From Candidatus Thorarchaeota archaeon (GTDB lineage: Archaea; Asgardarchaeota; Thorarchaeia; Thorarchaeales; Thorarchaeaceae): a stretch of DNA of 64,000 nucleotides. The DNA lies in NCBI GenBank assembly GCA_016933575.1, contig JAFGAR010000151.1, positions 1 to 64,000 on the forward strand, in the 5' to 3' direction. The notes beneath the pieces were generated by a model that saw nothing but the letters and a program-made list of their open reading frames with translations, ran no database searches and was not told the DNA's origin. Below are positions 52,000 through 61,472 of this stretch, one piece after another; the first letter of the stretch is position 1; each line of letters begins with the position of its first letter. The position numbers were made by a program, and so were the translations under genes.

Positions 52000-52686
52000 A
52001 TGAGTCCGGGATTCCTAAGTGATAAGAGATCTGTCGTTGCAATCATCATTGCGATACCATTGGCAATTATATCCTATGTGTTTGTGCGACCAATTGACTA
52101 TACAGTTTCTCTAATGGTCTTTGGAGTAGCCTTAGTACTCTTTCTCTTTGCATGTCTCCTTGATACCGCTGATGAATTTAGGAGTGTTCAAAAGAGCACT
52201 CCCAAACCCCTTGTCAAAGGGACTCCTAGACCAACTGTTGTTGAGGAGCATGAGGAAGAATACGTGCCTGCTGTTGAAAGACCTGCTGCTGCTCCTAGTG
52301 ACCTGCCTGTTGAAACAATTGAAGGCATTGGCCCTGTCTATGGCAAATTACTTCGAGAAGCAGGTGTTGAGACCGTTGCTGATATGCTCGCTGTTGATTC
52401 GGAGAAAATCGCTGAAATCTGTGATGTCAATGTAGACCAGGCTGAACGTTGGTTGGCGATGAGTCGTTTTGCCTGGCTTGATGCAATTTCGGAAGAGGAT
52501 GCTGAGGCAATTGTGTTCGCAGGCAAAATTGCAGAACTAGAAGAACTTGCTGCGGCAAATGCTGATGAGCTCTACAGAAAGATTCAATCAGCAATTAATG
52601 AAGGTGACGTCAGAGTTCCTGCTGGCTATACCTTCAGTGTGGTTAAGATCCAGAAGTGGATTGATGAAGCCAAGAGCTTGGTATAG
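52000..52686 (+). CDS. Membrane-anchored helix-hairpin-helix (DUF4332-like) protein
   Basis: Two N-terminal TM helices, a Pro/Glu linker, then IEGIGPVYGKLLREAGVETVADML and a second degenerate HhH, ending IQKWIDEAK. Confidence 0.78.
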   Translation: MSPGFLSDKRSVVAIIIAIPLAIISYVFVRPIDYTVSLMVFGVALVLFLFACLLDTADEFRSVQKSTPKPLVKGTPRPTVVEEHEEEYVPAVERPAAAPSDLPVETIEGIGPVYGKLLREAGVETVADMLAVDSEKIAEICDVNVDQAERWLAMSRFAWLDAISEEDAEAIVFAGKIAELEELAAANADELYRKIQSAINEGDVRVPAGYTFSVVKIQKWIDEAKSLV

Positions 52687-52795
52687 CTCAAGAGCTACAA
52701 TTCCCACTTCTGACGAGCTCAGCAAATGAACCTATCAAACACACTTCGAAGCCTGTCACCAGATTTGAGATTGTTTATGATAACTTACTTCAATC

Positions 52796-53698
52796 CTACA
52801 TATCAAGACCTGCAGGATCTTTCCAGACATCCTTATTCAGGTAGCCAATGAATAAGGGCTTTGAGAGACCATCTCTTGCAATCCACATGAGGAATGGTCT
52901 ATTGATTACATAGGGTTCAGTCTTTATAGGAGCAGCTCCTGCAAGTATCCCTAACGCAACTGCGCTCTTTACCCTAAACCCTTCTTCATTCATCTTCAAC
53001 TTGGTCTGCTGTAGAGCTTGAGAGATAACGTAGAATGGTTCTTTTCCCTTAGGTGTGATGAACTGAAGGCCTAGAATCCAATCCAGCATGATCTCTTCAT
53101 CAAGGTCAATTTTCGGGAATATGAATCCATCATATTCGAATGGAGTTTCCTGTTTGTTATTATGTATGTTTTCTACAAAGTTCTGTAAAGCAAGCCCAGT
53201 AGGAACTTCATCGACCATCATTAGATGTACATGATCGCCTTCCCTAGTTTCAATATCAATGATATAGTTTGGATTATCGCGCACTCGATAGAACTTCTTA
53301 CCATAATTCGTCATTTTGATTCCTGGATAGTACTCTCCGTCTTCTGTCTGCACAGACCATTTTTTGCCTTTGATTGCCCATTCACCCAAGAGATCCAACA
53401 TGCTTGCAACTCCAAACCCTCCTGGTCCAAAGTCTTTAAGTCTGATCTGAAATCCCCTTTCCTCCAACCACTTATTGATTCTCTTGTGATTGGTATCTGC
53501 TATACTCTCAATCTCCTTGATTCGAGGAATATCGCCTTTGCAAGACGAAAAAATTTCGTTAAGGAATTTCTTCTGAATGTCATTGGTTATCGTAATCGTT
53601 TCAACATTCTTGAGGAACATTTCCGCCTCTCGAACTGCTGATACTATTGGATACACAACAAGTGTCTGTGTCTTTGTTGTCATCGTTTCAGGTCTCAT
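52796..53698 (-). CDS. Minimal serpin-fold protein 1
   Basis: RINKWL (hF), LDLLGEW (s3A), FPKIDL, QQTKLKMNEEG (s5A), YVINRPFLMWI...PLFIGYL serpin signature. Confidence 0.72.
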   Translation of the reverse strand: MRPETMTTKTQTLVVYPIVSAVREAEMFLKNVETITITNDIQKKFLNEIFSSCKGDIPRIKEIESIADTNHKRINKWLEERGFQIRLKDFGPGGFGVASMLDLLGEWAIKGKKWSVQTEDGEYYPGIKMTNYGKKFYRVRDNPNYIIDIETREGDHVHLMMVDEVPTGLALQNFVENIHNNKQETPFEYDGFIFPKIDLDEEIMLDWILGLQFITPKGKEPFYVISQALQQTKLKMNEEGFRVKSAVALGILAGAAPIKTEPYVINRPFLMWIARDGLSKPLFIGYLNKDVWKDPAGLDM

Positions 53699-53801
53699 GA
53701 TGATATGCCTCTCTCAATCAAGTTATTGTTTGACAGGGCATCTATTGAATGTGTTTGATGTGATTAGATATTGATTTGCGGAGAATACTGTGCTGATTTC
53801 A

Positions 53802-54026
53802 TTAGTTACCAAAAACATTTCGAGTGTCACTTCTTGCTCTGGCGTAATCTTCTGACTCACCATCGAAGAAGGTAACATCATTTGTCTTTGAGTCAAACAG
53901 CTTTTCAGAACTTGATACGTGTGAAGGTGGATCTATGGGTGGTTTATGAAATAAGCTGCCATATCTTGCCATGATGTACAAGATGATTGCCCCAAAAAAG
54001 AGAACTCCCATGACTATCTCCAGCAT
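53802..54026 (-). CDS. Small single-TM protein, paralog of 38098-38316
   Basis: N-terminal TM; EKLFDSKTNDVTFFDGESEDYA. Confidence 0.75.
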   Translation of the reverse strand: MLEIVMGVLFFGAIILYIMARYGSLFHKPPIDPPSHVSSSEKLFDSKTNDVTFFDGESEDYARARSDTRNVFGN

Positions 54027-54079
54027 AAAATAACAACCTCTGTTTAGACCTTGGCATTAACTCAAATAAAGATTTGCTC

Positions 54080-54220
54080 AACCCTCTCGCCCCCTCTTTT
54101 TTCTTGGAAACCAAATTTGAGGGTGCTGTACGCAGCCTTCTCTAGCCTTTAAAATGTGCCCTGTGGATATTCTCTCCATATCATGCCTTGGTATTTCCTA
54201 TGTATTACGTATGTATTGGG
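54080..54220. repeat. Diverged direct repeat, copy A (about 140 bp)
   Basis: Collinear with 55158-55298; core ggtatttcctatgta.tac.ta.gtattggg is 28/31 identical. Confidence 0.7.
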
Positions 54221-54228
54221 CTTCATTT

Positions 54229-55110
54229 CTACATATCAAGACCTTCCGGATTTTTCCAGACATCCTTGTTGAGGTAGGCTACGAAAAGAGGCTTTGAGAG
54301 TCCAGGTCTTGTTATCCACATCAGGAATGGTCGATTAATCACATATGGTTCTCCTCTTCTTGGTGGTGCTTTCAAGATTCCCATTGCAACTGCACTCTTC
54401 ACTCTGAATCCTTCGTGATTCATTTTGAGTTTTGTCTGTTGAAGAGCCTCAGCCACAACCATACCTCCAACATTGAGGCCAATGAGCCACTTAAGAACTC
54501 CTTCTTCATTAAGGTCAATCATCGGAAAGACAACGCCTTCATATTCTGGTTCGATTTTTCTCATTTCCCTCGAAATATCTTCTACATGCTTCACAAGCGA
54601 TAGACCGGCAGGAGCATGATCCGCCATCAAGAGAAACACCTTGTCGCTTGCTTTGGTTTCAATCTCGATGATGATGTTTTGATTTCCCTCTACCCTATAG
54701 AATCCAAGCCCGTAATTGGTCATCTTGATCCCTGGATAATAGTTACCATCCTCTGTGGACACAGACCATTTCTCACCATTTTTTGCCCATTTGCCTAGAA
54801 GATCAAGCATACTCGCAATACCAAAACCTCCCTCACTAATTGAACTCAGCTGAATAGAGAAACCTCGTTCTTTCAACCAATTATTGATCTTCTTGATATT
54901 GGTATCGGCGATACTCTCAATCTCGTGAATCTTTGGGATATCACTCTTGCATGAATTATAGAACTCCTTGATGAAAATCTTCTGAGTGTCATTTGTTGGT
55001 ACCAATCCATCTGTATTTCTCAGAAACTCCTCTGCCTTGAGTAATGCTGAGACCATAGGGTATGTCACTTGACATCTTGTTCTGTCAGGTCTTTCGTCTG
55101 AATCTGTCAT
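54229..55110 (-). CDS. Minimal serpin-fold protein 2
   Basis: Clear paralog of 52796-53698 (IESIADTN, YYPGIKMTNYG, QQTKLKMNHEGFRVKSAVA, YVINRPFLMWI). Confidence 0.72.
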   Translation of the reverse strand: MTDSDERPDRTRCQVTYPMVSALLKAEEFLRNTDGLVPTNDTQKIFIKEFYNSCKSDIPKIHEIESIADTNIKKINNWLKERGFSIQLSSISEGGFGIASMLDLLGKWAKNGEKWSVSTEDGNYYPGIKMTNYGLGFYRVEGNQNIIIEIETKASDKVFLLMADHAPAGLSLVKHVEDISREMRKIEPEYEGVVFPMIDLNEEGVLKWLIGLNVGGMVVAEALQQTKLKMNHEGFRVKSAVAMGILKAPPRRGEPYVINRPFLMWITRPGLSKPLFVAYLNKDVWKNPEGLDM

Positions 55111-55157
55111 ATTACCTCTTTGTCAGACATGGCGCCTTATTTTGTTGTTGGAGAATT

Positions 55158-55298
55158 GACCCCCTCTCCCCTTTCCTTCGTTTGGAACTGGAATCTGAAG
55201 GTACTATGGATGGCGTTCTCCAGCCATTAGACCTTACTCTGTATGTATACTGTCCACATCATCTACTGGTATTTCCTATGTAATACCTAAGTATTGGG
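55158..55298. repeat. Diverged direct repeat, copy B (about 140 bp)
   Basis: Collinear with 54080-54220. Confidence 0.7.
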
Positions 55299-55383
55299 GA
55301 CATAACGCTTAGCTTTATCTCATTTCCATACGTAGTAAAGGTTAGTTGTACCACATAATACGAATATATACGGGGAAAGCGAA

Positions 55384-55524
55384 ATGACCGAATCAACAAG
55401 ACCGACATCAACCCTCCAAAAGAACGCTGAAGTCTTACACACTCTCTACGGTCTTCTCGACAGCGACCGTGAACCAACAGATCAGGACGCTATGAGTCTT
55501 CGATATCTGTATGCGAGTTCCTGA
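55384..55524 (+). CDS. Putative 46-aa small protein (not in the ORF track)
   Basis: MTESTRPTSTLQKNAEVLHTLYGLLDSDREPTDQDAMSLRYLYASS, preceded by AATATATA and GGGGA and followed by three hairpins. Confidence 0.5.
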   Translation: MTESTRPTSTLQKNAEVLHTLYGLLDSDREPTDQDAMSLRYLYASS

Positions 55525-55536
55525 CACTATTATGCT

Positions 55537-55629
55537 CCTCATTATCCAATGAGGTCAATTCGCTGTCTCCGTGCACCTCCCGGCATCAGAGACACAGTGG
55601 GGGCAGGCTCCCCTAGGCTTGTCCCCCAC
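55537..55629 (+). other. Three consecutive stem-loops (structured 3' UTR or ncRNA)
   Basis: CCTCATT/AATGAGG; TGTCTC/GAGACA; GTGGGGG-CAGGC/GCTTG-t-CCCCCAC. Confidence 0.55.
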
Positions 55630-55887
55630 ACCATTTCATCACAGAGTTGAAAGATATGTCAGTACGAAGAACCAAACTCCACAGATCTGCAGGGACAAGA
55701 ACCCTTCTCAGAAAGCACAAGATGCGTTTAGCCAAACTCAAATCTGAAACGCATGTCACTTCTGCTTAGTTCAATTCTAAATCTAGATGCTTTGTCTTGA
55801 AGTCAAAAGATTGTATCAATAGAACACGTGTTCCAAATTATACTTCCAGTTATTATTTGATAAAGAATATGGCAATTACTCTAACTC

Positions 55888-56280
55888 TCATGTAGTCTTG
55901 AACAAAAAAATCAAGAGTGCTATCTCAATTGGAATGATAGGTATGAAATAGACTGTGATCCATGAGGATCCTCCAAGTGACCAATATATACTAACAATTA
56001 TTGAGAGAACAAGTCCAAAAATAGCAGCGACATAAGACATGAGTATTGCTTTACCTCTCTTCCTATACATCAACCAGAAGAGCACTAGTTGTATAATACC
56101 GATCCCATAGAGACCTGCCATAGCTGAAGCATATAATATCTCTCCCATGGTGAACAATGTTCGTGCAGTCCAGAGGAGGAGTGTTTGAAGTGGAAATAGA
56201 ATGTACAGACTTGAGATAAGTTGAATCCATAGTTCGAGACCAATCTGAGGTCCTATTGGCTCGGGTTCATCGATGACCAT
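55888..56280 (-). CDS. Hypothetical 4-TM membrane protein
   Basis: Hydrophobic 130-aa ORF. Confidence 0.65.
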   Translation of the reverse strand: MVIDEPEPIGPQIGLELWIQLISSLYILFPLQTLLLWTARTLFTMGEILYASAMAGLYGIGIIQLVLFWLMYRKRGKAILMSYVAAIFGLVLSIIVSIYWSLGGSSWITVYFIPIIPIEIALLIFLFKTT

Positions 56281-56307
56281 ATCACAACAATCCTAGAACT
56301 AGAAATC

Positions 56308-56577
56308 TTACGCTTCTTTATGATTCTCAGTTGCCTTTTCTATATCTGATGGTTCTTCGGAATAATCCGTGTATCTTGCATATTCATATTCTAACCTTGG
56401 ATGTATCCCCATAGCCATCATATAGGGGTGCTGTTTCTCTCTCCGTTCCAATATTCTTGAGTGAGCATCACCTATCTTCCCATTTCGATCCTTATCGAAT
56501 CTATCTGCCAATACGATTACTAGAACTATAAACAGCATGACTGTGAAGAATGGTACTATATTTGACAAGAAAAACAT
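56308..56577 (-). CDS. Small single-TM protein
   Basis: N-terminal TM and a charged tail. Confidence 0.6.
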   Translation of the reverse strand: MFFLSNIVPFFTVMLFIVLVIVLADRFDKDRNGKIGDAHSRILERREKQHPYMMAMGIHPRLEYEYARYTDYSEEPSDIEKATENHKEA

Positions 56578-56686
56578 ATCCTTTGTTATCTTTGTCAGTT
56601 CTTATATCATATTGAATGAATATAAACAAGAGTGACTAGGTATTCTCTCTTTTCATATTGATATTCCATTAGAGCTTACTTTGAAT

Positions 56687-57523
56687 TCAATACTCCCTAT
56701 CTACTTCTGTTTTGCCACTTGCGGGACTGCTTGTACCCATAGATGGCATCACATATACGAGCACAACAAGTACTATCAATGAGCACCAGATTGCAGCATG
56801 GCTAACACTCTGAAAACCTTGTAATGCCAAGTTTCCATAATGCGAGAACTGTGATATTACAGAACTTGGGGACTGAAATGATAAGATAAGTGAATAGAGC
56901 CCAAGAACTAGTAAGATAACATCAAGCACAAAGAAAAGAAGCCATCCAAACTTTTGCCGCAAAATGATCAAAACAGTTGAGAGAAACAGGATTACACTGA
57001 TAATCCAGATTGTGTTCATTAATCCTATACTAACAAGTGCTAGGCTAGTCACTCTTGGCATGATTCCTATCCCATACAGTATCAATAGAAATGACCCCAC
57101 TATTAGGTGTAGTATGACCACAACTACACATGTATCATTTTGATCCACCTGTTGTCTATGCAAAAGTTTCGCAGTCACTGAATCTGAACTTAGCAAACCA
57201 AGATTAGCTGTATTCAAGACAACAATCAGATAATTTACTAAGATAAGTCCAATATGTGTGATTAACAATAAAGGTATGACAATTGAACTCAATAGGGACA
57301 TCGCTGTGATGCCCCATGGTTTTTCTTTCCTAGCTACCCATAAGGCGAACACCTGAAATAGACCAATTAATGCCAGAGGAATTGCATAAGACAGTTCATC
57401 TGGTTGAGTGTAAGTTCGAATTCCTCCAATGGGGCTGAATAAAATTAGAAGAAACAAGCCAGACAAGAGGTAGAGTAATTCAAAGACTTCGACCCTCTTG
57501 TTACCACTCTCTGCTTGAGTCAA
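56687..57523 (-). CDS. Hypothetical multi-TM membrane protein (about 8 TM)
   Basis: Hydrophobic; internal repeat of …R.K.(W/F)G(I/W). Confidence 0.65.
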   Translation of the reverse strand: MTQAESGNKRVEVFELLYLLSGLFLLILFSPIGGIRTYTQPDELSYAIPLALIGLFQVFALWVARKEKPWGITAMSLLSSIVIPLLLITHIGLILVNYLIVVLNTANLGLLSSDSVTAKLLHRQQVDQNDTCVVVVILHLIVGSFLLILYGIGIMPRVTSLALVSIGLMNTIWIISVILFLSTVLIILRQKFGWLLFFVLDVILLVLGLYSLILSFQSPSSVISQFSHYGNLALQGFQSVSHAAIWCSLIVLVVLVYVMPSMGTSSPASGKTEVDREY

Positions 57524-57660
57524 AACCAGTCTCCCTCAATCCTAACTTGGAAACAATCGAATCTCAAATGAAACTTCATCTCATCGCTTAATAAGCAATT
57601 CTAATGTTTTCAATTTCTAGTATCGAAAGAATGATATGATTATGGTGAGGCAACACATGT

Positions 57661-57933
57661 ATGGAGCTGAATGAGTCGAAGATAACTATCAAAGGAGTAG
57701 TTCTCTCCATAATGATTATTGCAATCCTCTTCACAATTGTGAGAGCACTGAATCCAGTGAATAGTGATCTTCTCCTCGATGATGTATATCTAACAGTTCT
57801 CTTTTCTCTCTTTGTTGCAGCGCTTGTCATATCCCTCTTTCTTCGAAGAGTTCAAGCGGATGTGGATATGGATGATGAATTGATCCCATTAGAGTATAAC
57901 TCTTCAATTCACTCTTGGCACAGATCAAGATGA
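57661..57933 (+). CDS. Small 2-TM membrane protein
   Basis: Two hydrophobic helices; GGTGAGG RBS upstream. Confidence 0.6.
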   Translation: MELNESKITIKGVVLSIMIIAILFTIVRALNPVNSDLLLDDVYLTVLFSLFVAALVISLFLRRVQADVDMDDELIPLEYNSSIHSWHRSR

Positions 57934-58979
57934 CCCCTGGTAAGTACAATGTTCTTCAAGACTTTCAGTACTCTGAGAGTGATCCACTTGCTTGGTCTCC
58001 ATTTTTGTTCGATGTTTTGATACATGGTCCCTGTGTATGTCTTCTCGACTGGCCACTCACCCGCGGGGAGTCTCTTGTTGAGAATTACTCTTAATGCATC
58101 ATCAATTCGAGCATCTGCACCATGGCCAAGTCTTGTGACAACCGAGATTCCTCTGAGAATATCATAGAAGAACTGAGGGAATGTTAGTAATAACCAATCT
58201 TTCTTAATAGGACTGAAGTCGTGATGGTCCGCTTGGTAAAGTCTGTGCATCAAAAGAAACTCTGCACCTTGTTCAAGTGCTTTCTTCATACTAGTAGTGA
58301 GTAGTCTCTTGGGAACTTCTGAGAATGCATCCAGTGGAGGTACTGTGCCCATGAAACACCCGTGATTGTCATTCTTGTGAGCCCCCCAGTATGGACACAA
58401 CCAGCCGCCATCTTTATTCTGAATCTCAACTAACCATTGCAATGCATTCTTCACAGCTGCGTGATCTTCATATCCCATCTGAATCAATGCAAGGCAAACA
58501 TTCCCTGTTAAGCATGAAAGCTGCATCTCTCTATTCTTAAGAGAACGCCAGTCCTCATAAGGCGGAATTGGGTCTTTCTTTTTCACACCTCTCTTACGTA
58601 CAAACTCGTATTCCTTTTGTTGACCTTCCATGGTTGAAAAACCACCCTCTGGCTGTTGGAAATTGAGTATTTTTTCAACTCCTCTTTCCACACTTTTGTT
58701 AGTGCGTTCTAGACCAAACATTGCTAGTAGCATAATCTGCCAGTAGGATGACTTGTACTTTGGTAAATATGGTTGATTTGGCAACTCCCAAGAACCATCA
58801 AGGTTCTGTCTATTCAGAATCTTTTGCGTGACTCGGTAGTTACAAAGATCTTCCTTAGTTTCGATGAGTTCCGAGTCGTTCTTTCTATATTCAAGGAGTT
58901 CTCTCATTGTAAAGAATCTAACAGGCGGATTGTCACTCTCCAAGAGCCAATCTATTGGAATTGAATCGATTACGGACAT
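57909..58979 (-). CDS. Cytoplasmic prenyltransferase/squalene-cyclase repeat (alpha/alpha barrel) protein
   Basis: QNLDGSW, QQPEGGF, QNKDGGW and RLPAGEW QW-type repeats. Start probably ATG 58979. Confidence 0.75.
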   Translation of the reverse strand: MSVIDSIPIDWLLESDNPPVRFFTMRELLEYRKNDSELIETKEDLCNYRVTQKILNRQNLDGSWELPNQPYLPKYKSSYWQIMLLAMFGLERTNKSVERGVEKILNFQQPEGGFSTMEGQQKEYEFVRKRGVKKKDPIPPYEDWRSLKNREMQLSCLTGNVCLALIQMGYEDHAAVKNALQWLVEIQNKDGGWLCPYWGAHKNDNHGCFMGTVPPLDAFSEVPKRLLTTSMKKALEQGAEFLLMHRLYQADHHDFSPIKKDWLLLTFPQFFYDILRGISVVTRLGHGADARIDDALRVILNKRLPAGEWPVEKTYTGTMYQNIEQKWRPSKWITLRVLKVLKNIVLTRGHLDLCQE

Positions 58980-59278
58980 CCATTCACGAGTCACTTCAAA
59001 TCCACCGGTAATTGATATGCGGCATTGTATTATGAAAGCATCGTAGCTTCCTAGAAGCATTCTATGAACAAGGATTTCATCGTTAGAGTTATATCCATAG
59101 ATTATGTTGATGCTTTAACCTACTTCCTAAAGGCGGGAACAGAACTCAGAGAAAGAAATGATAGAATAGTTATACCAACGGTTGCTTTTACAAGCTACTT
59201 TGGAGTAGAGGACACTTCTTTTCTGCAGAGCCATCCGCAATCAGTGAAGAGTAGGTTTCAAATAAAATATTCAGGAGT

Positions 59279-61333
59279 GTGAAAAAACTGAAGAATTATC
59301 CCACTAAAGATCCAGTGCTTGTAACATGCGGACTACCATACGCTAGTGGGCAGATGCACATTGGTCATCTTCGGACCTACATCCCCGCAGACGTTTTTGT
59401 AAGACTCCTGAAGAAAATGCGAGTGGACGTCACTTTCGTCTGTGGCTCGGACACTCATGGTACTCCCGTTTTGACAGCTGCAGAAGCTGCTGGCGTCAAT
59501 CCTAAAGAACTCTATACGAAATATAACCAACACTATCTCGATGTATTCCCACGATTGAATGTGGCCTTCGACAACTATGGCACCACAGACGATCCAGAGA
59601 ATATTGCCAGAACAATTCAGATAGTGAAAGAACTGCAGAAGAATGGCTACATCTATCCGAAAGAACTAGATTCTCCCTATTGCGATAATTGTGGTCGGTC
59701 TCTTCCGGATAGGTATGTTCGAGGCGAGTGCCCCCACTGTCATGCTGACGCTCGAGGCGATGAGTGCGACCAAGGCTGTGGTCGATACCTTGAGCCAGGT
59801 GAGATATTGAATCCCCGTTGTGCAATCTGTGGGTCTCCAACAAGAACCATAACACGAACGCATTACTACTTCAAACTCTCATCATTCGAGGGATTTCTAA
59901 AAGAGTATCTGCAAAACGTTGATGGTACTAAGATCGCTCGGAATTATGCCCTCGGTTGGGTGAATGAAGGACTCAAGGATTGGTGCATAACTCGGGACCT
60001 CGATTGGGGTATAAAATATCCCGGGGATGAAAGTCTAACACTCTATGTCTGGGTAGACGCTCCGATACACTATATGTCATCTACTGAAGAGTGGGCGAAA
60101 AAGATCAAGAAACCTGACGAGTGGAAGAAATTCTGGCTTCCCGGAAATGGTCGCCTTGTTCATTTCATTGGTCAGGATATTGTCTATCACCATTGTCTAT
60201 TCTGGCCTTCAATGTTGAAGGGTAGTAACTACAATCTACCATTTGCAATTGTTGCATCTGGCATGGTAAAAATCAGAAACCATAACTTTAGCCGCAGTAG
60301 AGGGTATGTCGTTTGGATTCTGGATGACTATCTCGATAAGGGTCTTGATCCTGATTATCTGCGATACTATATGGTATCCTTCACAGGGCAGACGAGAGAC
60401 CTCGATTTCAGCTTTACATCCTTTGCTGAGAAGACGAACACAGAGCTAGTCGGAACTCTTGGCAACTTTGTCTATCGTGCACTACACTTCACGAAGAAAC
60501 ACTTTGACTCCGTTCCAAAGGGAACACTTGATTCCTCACTAAAAGGCGAAGTGGAGAAAGCTATAGAGGTCATCACTGATGCTGTCAATGAATACGAGTT
60601 GAAGAAGTATACAGATGAGATTCTAAGGATTGCATCTGTTGGAAATGAGTATTTCCAGTCAAATCAACCATGGGCGTTAGTGAAGGAAGACAAGGCAAAG
60701 TGCGGCGAGGTTCTATTCAATGCTGTTGCACTTGTGAAAGCTTTGGCAATCTTTATCGAACCGGTAATGCCCGGGGTTGCTGAGACAATCTGGAAACAAC
60801 TAGGACAGAAAGGTCCCGACATTCACAAGGTATTTTTAGAAGAAGCTCTCGAGGCTCCAAAGGCAGGTACTAAGATTGTCAATCCAGAACCGGTGATTTC
60901 AAAGATCGATGATGACCTCCTTGAATCATTAAAGATCGTGATAGATAATCGTATCAAGGTCGCTGAGGCTGCACAAAAAGGTGAACCCGTTATGGAAGAA
61001 AAAGAAACGATATCCTTTGAAGATTTCAAGAAACTCGATCTACGAGCTGGAAAGATACTGAAGTGTGAAAAGGTACCTAAGAAAGACAAGTTACTAGAAC
61101 TTGAGGTGGACATCGGATCTGAGAAGCGAACCATCATCACAGGACTTGCTGACCAATACAAACCTGATGAGCTGCTCGGTATGACTGCACTCTTCCTCAC
61201 CAATCTTGAACCCAAGAAGATTGGTGGCATTGAGAGTCATGGTATGATCATTGCTATTGAGAAAGGCGATGAACCTGGTCGATGGCTTCCAGTGAGAGTT
61301 GATGGTGTCCCTCCTGGCAGCAAGGCTGCATAG
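59279..61333 (+). CDS. metG: Methionine--tRNA ligase
   Basis: GLPYASGQMHIGH, CGSDTHG, Zn knuckles, YVWVDAP, FIGQDI, NFSRS (KMSKS equivalent), C-terminal Trbp111-like domain. Confidence 0.96.
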   Translation: MKKLKNYPTKDPVLVTCGLPYASGQMHIGHLRTYIPADVFVRLLKKMRVDVTFVCGSDTHGTPVLTAAEAAGVNPKELYTKYNQHYLDVFPRLNVAFDNYGTTDDPENIARTIQIVKELQKNGYIYPKELDSPYCDNCGRSLPDRYVRGECPHCHADARGDECDQGCGRYLEPGEILNPRCAICGSPTRTITRTHYYFKLSSFEGFLKEYLQNVDGTKIARNYALGWVNEGLKDWCITRDLDWGIKYPGDESLTLYVWVDAPIHYMSSTEEWAKKIKKPDEWKKFWLPGNGRLVHFIGQDIVYHHCLFWPSMLKGSNYNLPFAIVASGMVKIRNHNFSRSRGYVVWILDDYLDKGLDPDYLRYYMVSFTGQTRDLDFSFTSFAEKTNTELVGTLGNFVYRALHFTKKHFDSVPKGTLDSSLKGEVEKAIEVITDAVNEYELKKYTDEILRIASVGNEYFQSNQPWALVKEDKAKCGEVLFNAVALVKALAIFIEPVMPGVAETIWKQLGQKGPDIHKVFLEEALEAPKAGTKIVNPEPVISKIDDDLLESLKIVIDNRIKVAEAAQKGEPVMEEKETISFEDFKKLDLRAGKILKCEKVPKKDKLLELEVDIGSEKRTIITGLADQYKPDELLGMTALFLTNLEPKKIGGIESHGMIIAIEKGDEPGRWLPVRVDGVPPGSKAA

Positions 61334-61344
61334 TTGAAGAGTAG

Positions 61345-61375
61345 GGGCGGACCCCCCGCCCTGTTCCCTTATTTT
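61345..61375 (+). terminator. Hairpin after metG
   Basis: GGGCGG-acccc-CCGCCC followed by a T-rich tail. Confidence 0.55.
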
Positions 61376-61472
61376 AGTCCTGATTGAGTTGTGAGGAGTA
61401 TTTGAAATAATATCTTATGAATGATAAAGAGATATATGCCTAGAATTTCGCAGTATCTTGAGGTGGAGACAC

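Noticed and set aside
55537-55629. tRNA or SECIS
   Set aside because: No T-loop or D-loop consensus, and no clear AUGA/GA quartet with an AA loop.
55822-55833. Perfect palindrome GAACACGTGTTC
   Set aside because: Isolated, downstream of convergent genes, and expected by chance in 64 kb.
59064-59282. 72-aa ORF upstream of metG
   Set aside because: No motif or RBS, and it occupies the divergent promoter region; probably spurious.
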